From Stegostoma tigrinum (lineage: Eukaryota): 64,000 nucleotides of DNA. The translations under genes and the position numbers were made by a program. The notes below the pieces were generated by a model that was given only the letters and a program-made list of their open reading frames with translations, was not told the DNA's origin and searched no databases. The stretch is from NCBI RefSeq assembly GCF_030684315.1, contig NC_081382.1, positions 12,091,267 to 12,155,266 on the forward strand, given 5' to 3'. Below, one piece after another: positions 12,545 through 25,054 of the stretch (the stretch's first letter is position 1; each line of letters begins with the position of its first letter).

Positions 12545-13752
12545 ATAGAGTCATGGAGTCATAGATCTATGCAGGATGGAAATAGATCTTACAGTCCAAT
12601 TCGTCCATTGCAAATAGATATCCAAAATTAGTCTAGTCCCATTTGCCAGCATTTAATCCCTATCGCTCTAAACCCTTCCTATTCATACACCCACCCAGAT
12701 GCCTTTTTAATGTTGTAATTGTACCAGCCTCCACCACTTCCCCAGGCAGCTCATTCCATACAAGCACCACCCTCTGTGTGATAAAGTTGCCCCTTGGGTC
12801 CCTTTTAAACCTTTCCCCTCTTACGTCAAACCAACATTCTCAAGTTTTGGACTCCCCCAATGTAGGGAAATAACTTTGTCTATTTACTTTATTAATGCCA
12901 CTCATGATTCTATAAACTTCTATAGGGTCACCTCTAAGCCTCTGATGCTCTTGAGAATATAGCCCCCAGCCTGTTGAGCATCTCCCTATAGCCCAAACCC
13001 TCCAACCCTGGCAACATGCTCGTAAATCTTTTCTGAAACCTTTCAAGTTTCACAACATCTTCCTATAGGACGGAGACAAAAATTGAATGCAGTATTCTAA
13101 AGGCAGCATTACCAATGTCCTATACAGCCGCACCAGGAACTCCCAACTCCTATACTCAATACACTCACCAACAAAAGCAAGCATCCCAAATGCCTTCTCC
13201 ATTATCCCGTCTACCTGTAACTCTGTTTTCAATGAACTATGAACCTGCACTCCAAGGTCTCTTTATTCAGCAACATTCCCCAGGACCTTTCCATTAAGTG
13301 TATCAGTCCTGCCCTGGTTTGCCTTTCCAAAATGCAGCATATCACATTTATCTAAATCAAACTCTATCTGCCTCTCCTTGGCCCATCCACCCATTTGATT
13401 TAGGTCCCATTGTGCTGTGAGGTCACCTTCTTGGTTGTCCACTACACTTCCATTTTTGGTGTCATCTGCAAAATTAACAATCATACTTCCTATGGCCACA
13501 TCCAAATCATTTATATAAATGATATAAAGCATCGGCCTCAGTACCGATCCTTGTGGTATGCTACTGGTCACAAGCCTCTAGTTTGCAAAGCAACCCTCCA
13601 CCGCTACCATCTATCTCTTATCCTCGAGCCAGCTCTTTATCCAAATGGCTCGTTCACCCTGTTTTCCATATGACCTGTTAACTGTCTACCATGAAGAACA
13701 GTGTCTCACACCTTACTGAAGTCCACATCGATCACATCTACAGCTCTGCCTT
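12545..13752 (-). mobile_element. 5'-truncated CR1/HER1-like LINE (RT C-terminal half and 3' UTR), degenerate
   Basis: ORF fragments IPQGSVLRPMLY..FADDTK, LYRTLVMLPLEYC and LRGDPIEVYRIM, plus a (GACTCTAT)-like 3' tail. Confidence 0.9.
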
Positions 13753-14689
13753 CTTTAATGCAAATTACTTGGCCACTGGAGTCTGATTAATGTAGGACTT
13801 GCCATGTAGAATGCACCAGTTAATAATGACTGAAAATTAACCGATAAGCTTTCCTTAAATCTTAACTCTGAATGGTCCGGACATTATCCTGAGAAATGAA
13901 GCAGAAAGTGACTATAGCTGAATATGTTAAGGTGAAACCCACTGACCAGTGTGTTCTTACTGTACGCAACCAGGGCTCAGTAGATTAATTAACCACAGAG
14001 CAGACCCAACTGACAATTCTAAATTGGTTATCCATGTAATTTTTCACACACTCAGGATTATTTAGCAAGTACTGCAGCATCAAAGAATCACATATAATGT
14101 CGGACATGGCACAATCCTCAAATTCTGTACTACCAAATGATTATTTTATGACAAAATGAAACAAAATTATCGTAAATGAGATCCCAAAGTGCCCCCTGCA
14201 GATTGATTATTTTCCCATTTACCAGACTAGAAAAAGTGTGTGATTTGCTGTTGTCCATGTTGCTCCCAGCAATAAAATTTAAAGTTTCCCCCAAATGATT
14301 TGGCACAAATATATCCATTATTTGGTCATTAATGTCACTCAGCATATTTGTGTTATGTATCACATTATAGCATGACTGTTTGGTTGTCTGTTTGAAACTG
14401 ACAGCATTACTGGATATGAAATATCAATTGTTTTAATGGAGAAAATATTTGATAAAACAAGCTGTTTGTTCACACTCAGCCAGTCTGCATTCCCCAGGAT
14501 GGGTCTCACTTCTAAAGTCTGTAAATTTCCACACAAAATGATGCCAGATATTTATTACATACATGTACATATCAATTACATTTCTGTTAAAATGCAGCAG
14601 GCCTTTTAAAAAATTAGTTGTGTGTACAACACATTAAAATCATTGGGCCATGTCTGTGATTTGTCCTCCAGAGGTCTATTTAAAAAAAA

Positions 14690-15004
14690 TATCAGTGTGG
14701 AAACAGGTCCTTCAGCCAAACAACTCTACATCAAACCCCTGGAGAGCACCCCACCCCTTCCCTTTAACCCTATATTTCCCACCTAATCTTCACATCCCTG
14801 AATGCTATGGGCAATTCAGCATGGCCAATCCACCTAGCCCACACATCTTTGGACTGTGGGAGAAAACCAGAGCACCAAAAGGAAACCAACTCAGACACAA
14901 GGAGAATGTGCAAACTCCTCACAGACGGTTGCCCAAGGGTAGAATCAAACCCGGATTACTGACGCTGTGAGGCAGCAGTGCCAACTACTCAGCCACCATG
15001 CCAC
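14690..15004 (-). mobile_element. HE1-like V-SINE
   Basis: CACATCTTTGGACTGTGGGAG..GGAGAATGTGCAAACTCC..GTGAGGCAGCAGTGC..AGCCACCATGCC. Confidence 0.8.
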
Positions 15005-15239
15005 TTTCTCTTTCAGGATGTCGTTTGCCACCATTTTCTCTTTCACAGAAGTGCTTTTTACCAGGACTAACTTTTTTAAAGAAGTACAACACACAATGAC
15101 AGCAATTGCAGTCTCTCCCTTCTGCTTCTGCTTTCATTGTGTTAGCATACCAAACATTTTTTTGTTGTATTTCACCAGTACTGATATAGTTAGCACTGAA
15201 CAACCAGGCATGACCTGCTGAGATTGTATACCTCATAGG

Positions 15240-15530
15240 CTTATGAATGGAAATACCCTCATGTGGATCTTGAAGATTTGTTTCTCTTACTACCTCCCTT
15301 GGCAGCTGGTTCCAGCCTGGGGTTATCCTTCGGAAGAAAGATTGTTGATGCACGGTCTTTGAAATAAATAGCCTTTGCAGTTTGTGTGGATGTCTTCCTT
15401 AAGTTTTTTTATGCCCAGAATGCACCATGTGCCCACTTCTATTAATTTGACTAGTTCATTCCACATTTTATAGTACATGATAAGTCTATTTTTGCCCCTA
15501 TCTTTGCCGTAGTGATTCATATTCCAATTC
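15240..15530 (-). mobile_element. Very old non-LTR retrotransposon 3' fragment
   Basis: SFFRRITPGWNQLPREVV resembles the SFFxRxxxxWNxLP motif at the end of ORF2 in CR1/L2-group LINEs. Confidence 0.4.
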
Positions 15531-17570
15531 TTCGATCACAAAAGTAGTCGTGGTGTATTTTCCACCCTGGTTCACATAGAATTATGTAACATGTATCATC
15601 TTGTTAAACACAAACAGTTGCTCCCAATGATTTGTTTTATTCTTTATTGCCTTTGAAATTTTACGTGGATGACAATGTCAAACATCAATTTGAAACAAAG
15701 TAGCAGAAACTCAATTTGAAAGAAATGGCAACAAATTATACTGGGTTGACTTTGGATAATGCCATGTCCCATTGAACTGCTGAGTAAGATCACTGAGCTG
15801 AGGGTCTGGACGGGAGCTAGCCTGGCAAAAGTAATCTTTCCAACAATGAGAATCAATTCCTATTTTATGACGTATTAGGTGGCACTCAGAAAATTTGCTG
15901 TTGATATAAATTGTACAGCTCTGTAGACCATTAAAAATGCAAGGTCCTAAAGTCATCAACAGAAGATTTGTGTAACGATCTGATAATCCACTAATTGCTA
16001 TCCATCACTGTGTAACAATGTATTCAGAGCAGTTAATTTACCTCCAACTACCTGTCAAAGAAAGAATGCTAGACACATGAAGTTACATAGCTTCAGGTCC
16101 TACATTGCAAGTTTCTTTTTTTCCCTATTACTCCAGTCACTGAGTTATTTTGCAACTCTGCTTGGAATATTTACTTTGATCAGATATAAATTATAGAATT
16201 ACAGGCCAGACATTTCTTCTCAAATGTGTCTCATCTTTATAAGATGGGTCCCAAAAATTATTGTCAGTCAATTAAAATCAGCTTATTCACGGGCAATGGA
16301 TTGAATCTGAATTAAAATAATGATAATTTGGAAATGCATTTCAACTGTATTCATTAAACTTAACCGAAATATATATTCTGAAACTCTGCTTAATTGTTAC
16401 TGGTTCACAGTAGATTTGGCTCAGGACAAAATGCAGATGACTTTGGGCACAAAATTGGAAAGAAAAGATTTCTCAAAATGAACAGAATTTTGAGCCAAAG
16501 TTGTTAATTGTGCCCAAACTATTCTACAGTGGTCAAATATGAAATTACAGAATTATCTCACAAAGAAAGAAACCATAGGCATATGCTGCTTGTGTTCACT
16601 ATTCAAAAGGTCTGTTCTATTAATCCACTCTCAAGAGTTTTCTCAATTCCCTGCAGCCTCTACAAAATGCATTTGTATTTGTTTTAACAGCAACTTCATC
16701 CAAATATATTTTATATATCCAATTATCTTTATAAATTTACAAAAAAATATGTTTCTACCATATGTTCAGATATTGTGTATCGAGACTTAGGATTATAGTC
16801 ACATATCTGCAAATAAAATGAAATGCCAATGGATTCAAAAGGTCACCAGAATTTTAGAATACTAATGGATTTCAGCTTGGTCAACATAAACTTGTAAAAC
16901 GTTGATAGACAACTACCACCGTGTGTTCCTATTTGCTGTGTTTCCATGGCCAGCTGTGTATGTCTCTGGTATGAAGCAAATAATGTTATGGCATTTGCCA
17001 AAATTTAAATTGCCCTCAAATAGCCACCTTCACTCTGACAAAAATCTAGTCCACAAAAAGCCAAGTGACATTGATACAACAAAATGGTCCATTATAATTT
17101 GCATCATGGGGATACATTTATAGATCTCTCTGTAAATAATCTCCACTCACTGTAAGATGACTAGCTGCTTCCCATCATCTACAGTATAGTTGAGCTTTGG
17201 ATTGCATCAAAAATTCTTTGGCATTAATGTTCAAAATAATTGTTCAATTAATTGGACAAATTCACATTCTTAAAGTCTTGATAGCACCCAGGAAAATTCA
17301 ATTATGAGACATGGGGGTGATAGAGAGTAATGCTGGCAAGTCTTGAGCTAAAGGAATGACCTTGCTCAGATCAGAGACGAGAACATGCCAAGTAGGTGAG
17401 ATAAAGTAAGACTGAAAATGGAAGACAGAGGGTCTGCAATGAGGCTCATGAAGGGCTCTAAAAGAGGGAGAGTGGAAGGAAAGGCAGTGAGGGTCTAGAA
17501 AAGAGAAAAAGGGACAGATGAGATGCAGATTTAATTTTTTTTTCAATAATGGAATACTCAGCTAACTCAA

Positions 17571-17721
17571 ACTGAGAAAGCACAGCAGATCTGATAGCAT
17601 CAGAGGAGCAGGAAAGTCAACGTTTACTTTCCTGCTCCTTGGATGCTTTCTGACCTGCTGTGCTTTTCTAGCCTCTCACCTGTGGACTTTGTCTTCCAGC
17701 ATCTGCAGTCCTTATTGTCTC
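17571..17721. mobile_element. PLE-derived fold-back mini-element centred on AACGTT
   Basis: GGAGCAGGAAAGTC-AACGTT-TACTTTCCTGCTCC with inverted arms extending about 50 bp. The right side carries the tail CCAGCATCTGCAGTCCTTATTGTCTC. Confidence 0.75.
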
Positions 17722-18719
17722 AAAATTGTGAAAATCTGAAGTCACTGAGGCCATGATTTATATTTTAACAGATAAATGTGGATTCTCCAACTTAAGGCTG
17801 CAGAAGTTCAGGACCAACAACTATATGGTATGAAAATGAGGTAGCTCATTTGTAATGAATTCTATTCTTTAGACATTTTAATACTCAACAGGTGTAGTTT
17901 AGAAAAATAAGTCTCTTATGTCTTATCATTTCTTAAAGTGTTTTACATACTATGCATTACTTGAGTTGCAGTGAAATTGTTTTAGGCAAAGAGGCAGCCA
18001 TTTACCTTGACAGTGAAGCAGATTGTCAATTCAGAAGCAGGTTTTACTTGAACTCATCTACTTTCTCGACTCATTTACTCTCTCTCACGTAAGGGTTACA
18101 ATAAAAACTGAAAATAAAAACTTTGACATGTGTTGCACAGGCTGAACTAATGTCTTTTAAAAATTATTGTAACTTGAATGGAACTATGTGTTGTTCCACT
18201 CAATGGTTACACAAGAGTATGAAACTACTGGGGAGATGGGGTTTGATACTTTTGCGGGACAATTGTTGTTTGGTGCCCATGGACTGAAAAATAAATAAAT
18301 CATTCAGTAACAGCTTTGTAATCAATTTTAGATAACTGTTAAAGTCTACAACTGAATCAGATCAGTTAGATCTCTCTCTTTCTCTCCGTGAATGGATGAA
18401 AACTAACATTGAAAGACTGAGAAGAATAATTTCTAACTCAAGCAAAAGACCTTAAACCAACTGACCAGTTATTGAATTGAAGATTGCTATGGTCAGCAAC
18501 AATAAAATGTCATTATCAAAAACTCCAAAGGAATTGTGAGCATCACTTCATGGATTAAAATCTTGATCAATGGACTTTGTTCCTTTTGTCTGTATTTTTC
18601 ACCCACCATAAACCTTCAAATCTTCTGTCTCATCTGCTTTGAATGATTTATTTATTTTTTAGTCCATGGGCACCAAGCAACAATAGTCCCGCAAAAGTAT
18701 CAAAAGTATCTGCTTTGTC

Positions 18720-18897
18720 NNNNNNNNNNNNNNNNNNNNNNNNNNNNNNNNNNNNNNNNNNNNNNNNNNNNNNNNNNNNNNNNNNNNNNNNNNNNNNNNN
18801 NNNNNNNNNNNNNNNNNNNNNNNNNNNNNNNNNNNNNNNNNNNNNNNNNNNNNNNNNNNNNNNNNNNNNNNNNNNNNNNNNNNNNNNNNNNNNNNNN
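18720..18897. other. Assembly gap (178 N)
   Basis: Run of N. Confidence 1.
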
Positions 18898-19973
18898 TTT
18901 AAGTTTGCACATTACTCATAAATGATAAATGAGCAATTTTTGCCATTTGCTAAAGAATACGTTTGTTAGAATAAACATTTTTGCTTGTTCATTGATGAAA
19001 ACTGGTATGTGTTTCTTTTATGTTAGATAATGGTTACAGTCAAGCAAATTATCAATCCTCATGCTTAAGTAGATAATACTTCCTTTTTGTAATGACTGTT
19101 GGAACAGTGGAGCTGGATTTGCAGTCTACACTTCCCACCAGAATCATAACATTACAAGTATTGATTCAGCAGCTCTATGCCTCCAGTGTTTTCTGGTTTT
19201 GTTCCAGAAGTTTTATTTTTTTTTTGTTTTTGTGCTGTCCCATTACTGCTGCATTGCCAAAGATTCATAACCATTAAAAATTATACAGTGATATCTTATC
19301 AACAAAGAAAAGAGTGCATAAAGGCCATGTGATGTAGCAGACACTTTACTGTGGCATCTTATTTCACAATCAAATGGAATTTGAACATATTCAATGTTTT
19401 TGGCTTAGATTTCCAACTGGCATATGGTTCCCAGAATTTACTGCCGTTTGAAGAAGATAATTTTTTTTCAGTTTACTCTTCATAAATCCAGACTTATATT
19501 CTTGTTCAATTAACCCTGATTTTTTTTTAGATGTCCAAACCTTATTATTAATGTTTTATATTCCCTGAGTCTGAGGCTCCCTAATCTTCACTTGCAGCTT
19601 GTCTCCTTTACAATTGGTGTTTCTACAATGGGCTAAATGTTGCATTTTTTGAAAAAAAATTATTGACTTTGGCTAAGTTATTTGAAGGGTTTTTTTTTAA
19701 ATCATGAAATCTTATTAGACGTATCACCCGGTCTTACCAAACATATCGAACGAATTGCCTTCCAACTCCCATGGCGCCTCTTATATCTGGCTTCCACCTC
19801 ATTTCACCATATGCCATGTTGAGAACAACTCAACACTCAGTGGATATCCTTCAAAAGATCAGCAGCTGTTGCATTCATGCTATCTTTTAAAAGGCTGCAA
19901 TGCACCTGGATGAGCACTGTCATTCCAATGCTGCCTTAGTCCATCAAGGACAAAGTCGGAACTTGGCACGGAA

Positions 19974-20205
19974 ATGGAAGAGAATTGCTGTTTTTCTCCA
20001 ACAGGATCCTGAGGCCTTGGGTGGACAGGCTGGTGCAAAAGGCAAAATTCCTCTTCCTGAAAGAGCAGCAGACGTGTTGCCTGGAACTTGCTCAACCTGG
20101 TCAACCTGGTCAGAAGGTGCTACCCAGATCTAAGGGGCCTCCAGAAGATGGAAGATTAACCAGCAGTGCCTCAGACAGGTAGATGACCTTCTCCACTTTG
20201 CCAAG
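19974..20205 (+). pseudogene. Degenerate Myb/SANT-like DNA-binding exon of a PIF/Harbinger transposon
   Basis: Across frameshifts it reads FSNRILRPWVDRLVQKAKFLF...TWSEGATQI*..QQCLRQVDDLLHFAK, followed directly by a GTAAGT donor. This fits the F..E...L...LF..W..I....QC.K...DL Myb/SANT pattern. Confidence 0.6.
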
Positions 20206-20577
20206 GTAAGTGCTACACTCTTCTGTTTGTCACCTCACAGTCTTCTTTGCTACCTCACACTCATGCTATCTCTGCAATGCATATACCTTCTCCATCTGGA
20301 AACGTGTTCAGCACATAGGTGTGTTTTCTTTTGTGACTAGCTGCCTCTTATCATTTTAACCTCCTACAGCATTGTGATGCTTCAAAATATCATTCTGTCT
20401 AATGTTGGCCTCTTCTACATCTCTGATTTTTATCACTTCAACATTGGAAATAATTCCTTCAGCTGCCAAGGCCTTAAACTCTGGAATTCCTTCCAAAAAA
20501 GTTATCTTTCTTCCATTAAAATTTTCCCACTTTTCTTTTCCCAAGCAATGGCTCGGTCAACTGCCCTAAAATCTGCT

Positions 20578-20670
20578 AGAGGTAGTTCTCCTATAACATG
20601 ATAGTTGCATTCTTTTGCAACATTGTGCTATAGAAAATTGCATTGGTGAAAATCACCATAGAAAATTATG
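20578..20670. mobile_element. Possible Tc1/mariner(Tigger)-like MITE left end, truncated at the CR1
   Basis: AGAGGTAGTTCTCCTATAACATGATAG..GCTATAGAAAATTGC resembles Tigger-type termini. I did not find a matching right end. Confidence 0.3.
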
Positions 20671-20758
20671 TAGAACATAGAACATAGAACAGTACAGCAC
20701 AGAACAGGCCCTTCAGCCCACAATGTTGTGCCGACCATTGATCCTCATGTATGCACCC

Positions 20759-23636
20759 TCAAATTTCTGTGACCATATACATGTCCAGCAGTCTCTTAAA
20801 TGACCCCAATGACCTTGCTTCCACAACTGCTGCTGGCAACGCATTCCATGCTCTCACAACTCTCTGCGTAAAGAACCTGCCTCTGACATCCCCTCGATAC
20901 TTTCCACCAACCAGCTTAAAACTATGACCCCTCGTGCTAGCCATTTCTGCCCTGGGAAATAGTCTCTGGCTATCAACTCTATCTATGCCTCTCATTATCT
21001 TGTATACCTCAATTAGGTCCCCTCTCCTCCTCCTTTTCTCCAATGAAAAGAGACCGAGCTCAGTCAACCTCTCTTCATAAGATAAGCCCTCCAGTCCAGG
21101 CAGCATCCTGGTAAACCTCCTCTGAACCCTCTCCAAAGCATCCACATCTTTCCTATAATAGGGTGCCCAGAACTGGACGCAGTATTCCAAGTGCGGTCTA
21201 ACCAACGTTTTATAGAGCTGCAACAAGATCTCACGACTCTTAAACTCAATCCCCCTGTTAATGAAAGCCAAAACACCATATGCTTTCTTAACAACCCTGT
21301 CCACTTGGGTGGCCATTTTAAGGGATCTATGTATCTGCACACCAAGATCCCTCTGTTCCTCCACGCTGCCAAGAATCCTATCCTTAATCCTGTACTCAGC
21401 TTTCAAATTCGACCTTCCAAAATGCATCACCTCGCACTTATCCAGGTTGAACTCCATCTGCCACCTCTCAGCCCATCTCTGCATCCTGTCAATGTCCCGC
21501 TGCAGCCTACAACAGCCCTCTACACTGTCAACGACACCTCCAACCTTTGTGTCGTCTGCAAACTTGCTGACCCATCCTTCAATTCCCTCATCCAAGTCAT
21601 TAATAAAAATTACAAACAGTAGAGGCCCAAGGACAGAGCCCTGTGGAACTCCACTCACCACTGACTTCCAGGCAGAATATTTTCCTTCTAATACCACTCA
21701 CTGTCTTCTGTTGGCCAGCCAATTCTGTATCCAAGCAGCTAAGTTCCCCTGTATCCCATTCCTCCTGACCTTCTGAATGAGCCTACCATGGGGAACCTTA
21801 TCAAATGCCTTACTGAAGTCCATATACACCACATCCACAGCTCGACCCTCATCAACCTTTCTAGTCACATCCTCAAAAAACTCGATAAGGTTTGTAAGGC
21901 ATGACCTACCCCTCACAAAGCCGTGTTGACTGTATTTGATCAAGCCATGCTCTTCCAGATGGTCATAAATCTTATCCCTCAGAATCCTTTCTAACACCTT
22001 GCAGACGACAGACGTGAGACTTACCGGTCTATAATTGCCGGGGATTTCCCTATTTCCTTTCTTGAAGAGAGGAATTACATTTGCCTCTCTCCAGTCCTCA
22101 GGTACGACTCCAGTGGAGAGCGAGGATGCAAAGATCTTCGCAAGTGGCGAAGCAATTGCATTTCTCGCTTCCCAAAGCAGCCAAGGACAAATCTGATCCG
22201 GGCCTGGCGACTTGTCAATCTTAATGTTTGACAAAATTTTCAGCACATCAGCTTCGTCTATCTCTATCCATTCCAGCATGCACACCTGCTCTTCAAAGGT
22301 TTCATTCACTACAAAGTTGGTTTCTTTCGTAAAGACAGAAGCAAAAAACTCATTTAGGGCTTCCCCTACCTCCTCAGGCTCCACACACAAGTTCCCTATG
22401 CTATCCCTGATCGGCCCTACTCTTTATTTTGACCATTCTCTTATTCCTCACGTAAGTGTAAAATGCCTTTGTGTTTTCCCGGATTCCTTCTGCCAAGCCT
22501 TTCTCGTGCCCCCTCCTGGCTCTCCTCAGACCATTTTTGATCTCCTTCCTTGCCTGCATGTAATCCTCTCTAGCTGAACTTGACCCTAGCTTCCTCCACC
22601 TTATGTAAGCTACCTTCTTCCTTTTCACTAGAAGCTCCACCACTCTCGTCATCCAAGGTTCCTTAATCTTACCCCTTCTTGCCTGTCTCAGAGGGACATA
22701 TTTACTCATCACTCCCAACAACTGTTCCTTAAACCGTCTCCACATGTCTATAGTTCCCTTACCATGGAACAACTGCTCCCAGTCCATGCTTCCTAATCGC
22801 ATCATAGTTTCCTCTTCCCCAATTAAATATCCTCCCATTCTGCCTAATCCTCTCCTTCTCCATAGCTATGTAGAATGTGAGGCAGTTATGGTCACTATCA
22901 CCAAAATGCTCTCCCACCACAAGATCTGATACCTGCCCCGGCTCGTTTCCGAGCACCAAGTCTAGAATGGCCTCTCCCCTCGTCGGCCTGTCAACGTACT
23001 GCGTTAGGAAACCCTCCTGAACACACCTTACAAAAACAGCTCCATTCAAATCTTCTGCTCGAAGGAGGTTCCAATCAATATTAGGAAAGTTAAAGTCACC
23101 CATTACAACAACCCTACTGCGTGTACACTTCTCCAAAATCTGTTGACCTATGCTTTCTTCAATCTCCCTGCTGCTATTGGGGGGCCTGTAGTAAACCCCT
23201 AACGAGGTGACTACTCCCTTGCTGTTCCTAATTTCCACCCACACTGACTCGGTAGGCAGATCTTCCTCGACAATGGAAGCTTCTGTAGCTGTGATACCCT
23301 CTCTGATTAGTAGTGCTACACCCCCTCCTCTTTTTCCCCCCTCCCTATTCTTTTTAAATGTTCTAAACCCTGGAACATCCAGCAACCATTCCTGCCCATG
23401 AGAAACCCATGTCTCTGTTATGGCCACAACATCATAGCACCAGGTACTGATCCATGCTCTAAGTTCATCACTTTTATTCCTGATACTCCTTGCATTAAAG
23501 CAAACACACTTTAACCGATCCCTTGGTTCCTTCCCAGGAAAATCCTTCCCACTAGCTGGTCTACCTCTTGCTACTGCCTCACCTGCATCAACGCTCACCT
23601 CTGGTATACAGCTCAGGTTCCCACCCCCCCGCCATA
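20759..23636 (-). pseudogene. CR1-A ORF2 (APE endonuclease + RT) with about 2 frameshifts and 1 stop
   Basis: APE motifs CFNARS, ITETW, GDFN, SDH and RT motifs YRPVSL, DFSKAFD, PQGSVLGP, FADD. Breaks lie near 22790 and 22420, and there is a TGA at 21698-21700. Confidence 0.95.
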
Positions 23637-24560
23637 CTAGTTTAAACCCTCTCGAACTACTCGAGCAAACCTTCCACCCAGGACATTGGTCCCCTTCCAG
23701 TTCAGATGCAACCCGTCCTTCTTGTACAGGTCCCACCTTCCCCAGAAGGCATCCCAATTATCAACATATCTGAAGCCCTCCCTCCTACACCAGCTGCGTA
23801 GCCACGTGTTCAGCTGCGCCCGCTCCCTGTTCCTCACCTCGCTATCTCGTGGCACCGGTAGTAAACCAGAGAACACTACTCTGTTCGTCCTGCTCTGCAG
23901 CTTCCATCCTAACTCCCTGAAATCACTTTTTATATCCTCAAACCTATTTCTGGCTATATCATTTGTGCCAATATGTAACACGATTTCTGGCTGTTCGCCC
24001 TCCCCTTTTAGAACTTTATACACCCGATCGGAGACGTCCCGGACCCTGGCACCAGGGAGGCAACATACCTTCCGGGAATCCCGATCTTGCCCACAAAATC
24101 TCCTGTCGATTCCCCTAACTATCGAGTCCCCTACCACGGGTACTTTTCTATTCTGCCCCCTTCCCTTCTTTGCCACAGTGCCAGAGAACTGACTACTATG
24201 GCTTTCCTCTGGTAGGTCATCCCCCCCAGCAGTATCCAAAACGGTATACTTATTGCTGAGGGGAATGCCCACAGGGGATCTCTGCACTGTCTGTCTGTCC
24301 CCTTTCCTCCCCCTAACTGTAACCCATCTATCCTCGTCCTGAGCCTTAGGAGTGACCAACTCCCGATAACTCCTCTCAATTACCCCCTCTGCCTCCCGAA
24401 TGATCCGTAGTTCATCCAGCTCGAGCTCCATTTCCCTAACACGGTTTTCAAGGAGCTGTAGCTGGGTGCACTTCCCGCAGATGTAGCCAGCGGAGACGTG
24501 TGCCACATCTCCCAACTGCCACATTCTGCAGGAGGAGCAAGCAACTGCCCTCGCATCCAT
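23637..24560 (-). CDS. CR1-A ORF1: zinc finger, coiled coil, SGNH/GDSL esterase; open frame
   Basis: CSSC..CGKC, heptad LENRVREMELELDEL, GDS, GTND and DGLH motifs. ATG at 24560. Confidence 0.9.
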   Translation of the reverse strand: MDARAVACSSCRMWQLGDVAHVSAGYICGKCTQLQLLENRVREMELELDELRIIREAEGVIERSYRELVTPKAQDEDRWVTVRGRKGDRQTVQRSPVGIPLSNKYTVLDTAGGDDLPEESHSSQFSGTVAKKGRGQNRKVPVVGDSIVRGIDRRFCGQDRDSRKVCCLPGARVRDVSDRVYKVLKGEGEQPEIVLHIGTNDIARNRFEDIKSDFRELGWKLQSRTNRVVFSGLLPVPRDSEVRNRERAQLNTWLRSWCRREGFRYVDNWDAFWGRWDLYKKDGLHLNWKGTNVLGGRFARVVREGLN

Positions 24561-24761
24561 ATCCCACTTATCTGAACACCCACTCAATACTAAAGTAGAA
24601 AGCTTACTTCAAGTAATAATAACAAATTAATAACAAGCTTATATTCAATAGAGAAAGTTTAGAATGAACCTTACCTTATTAACTAGGTTAGAGGAGGAGA
24701 GCGGGTGGGAGACACTACAGTTGTCGAGTCTCGGGTTTAGCCGCCTTGCTGATATATATGG

Positions 24762-25054
24762 TCACTGCTTTCCTTCCCGGCTGCCCCTCTGGTCCTCGTC
24801 ACTTCCTCCGCTGCTCCCGCTCCTTCTCTGAAAGAGGAAAAAAAAACACCGCTGCCCGCTATCGGTAAGTAATTTTAAAAATAAACTGCTTTACCTTAGC
24901 TGCAGTCTTCCGGGTCCGTCTTGCCTCCGCTGCTGCTCGCACTCAAAATGGCCGTTGGCGTCGAAGGGTGAGTATTTATACTCACTGCTTTCCTTCCCGG
25001 CTGCCCCTCTGGTCCTCGTCACTTCCTCTGGTGCTCCCGCTCCTTCTCTGAAAG
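24762..25054 (-). repeat. 73-bp direct repeat in the CR1-A 5' UTR (24762-24834 and 24982-25054)
   Basis: TCACTGCTTTCCTTCCCGGCTGCCCC...CTCCTTCTCTGAAAG occurs twice with 2 mismatches. Confidence 0.95.

Larger units (their letters stand above)
20671..25054 (-). mobile_element. Near full-length CR1-clade LINE A (about 4.4 kb)
   Basis: GC-rich 5' UTR, ORF1, APE-RT ORF2, 3' UTR and a (TTCTATG)n tail at 20671-20690. Confidence 0.95.

Noticed and set aside
18643-18921. ORFs spanning poly-X
   Set aside because: Artefact of the N gap.
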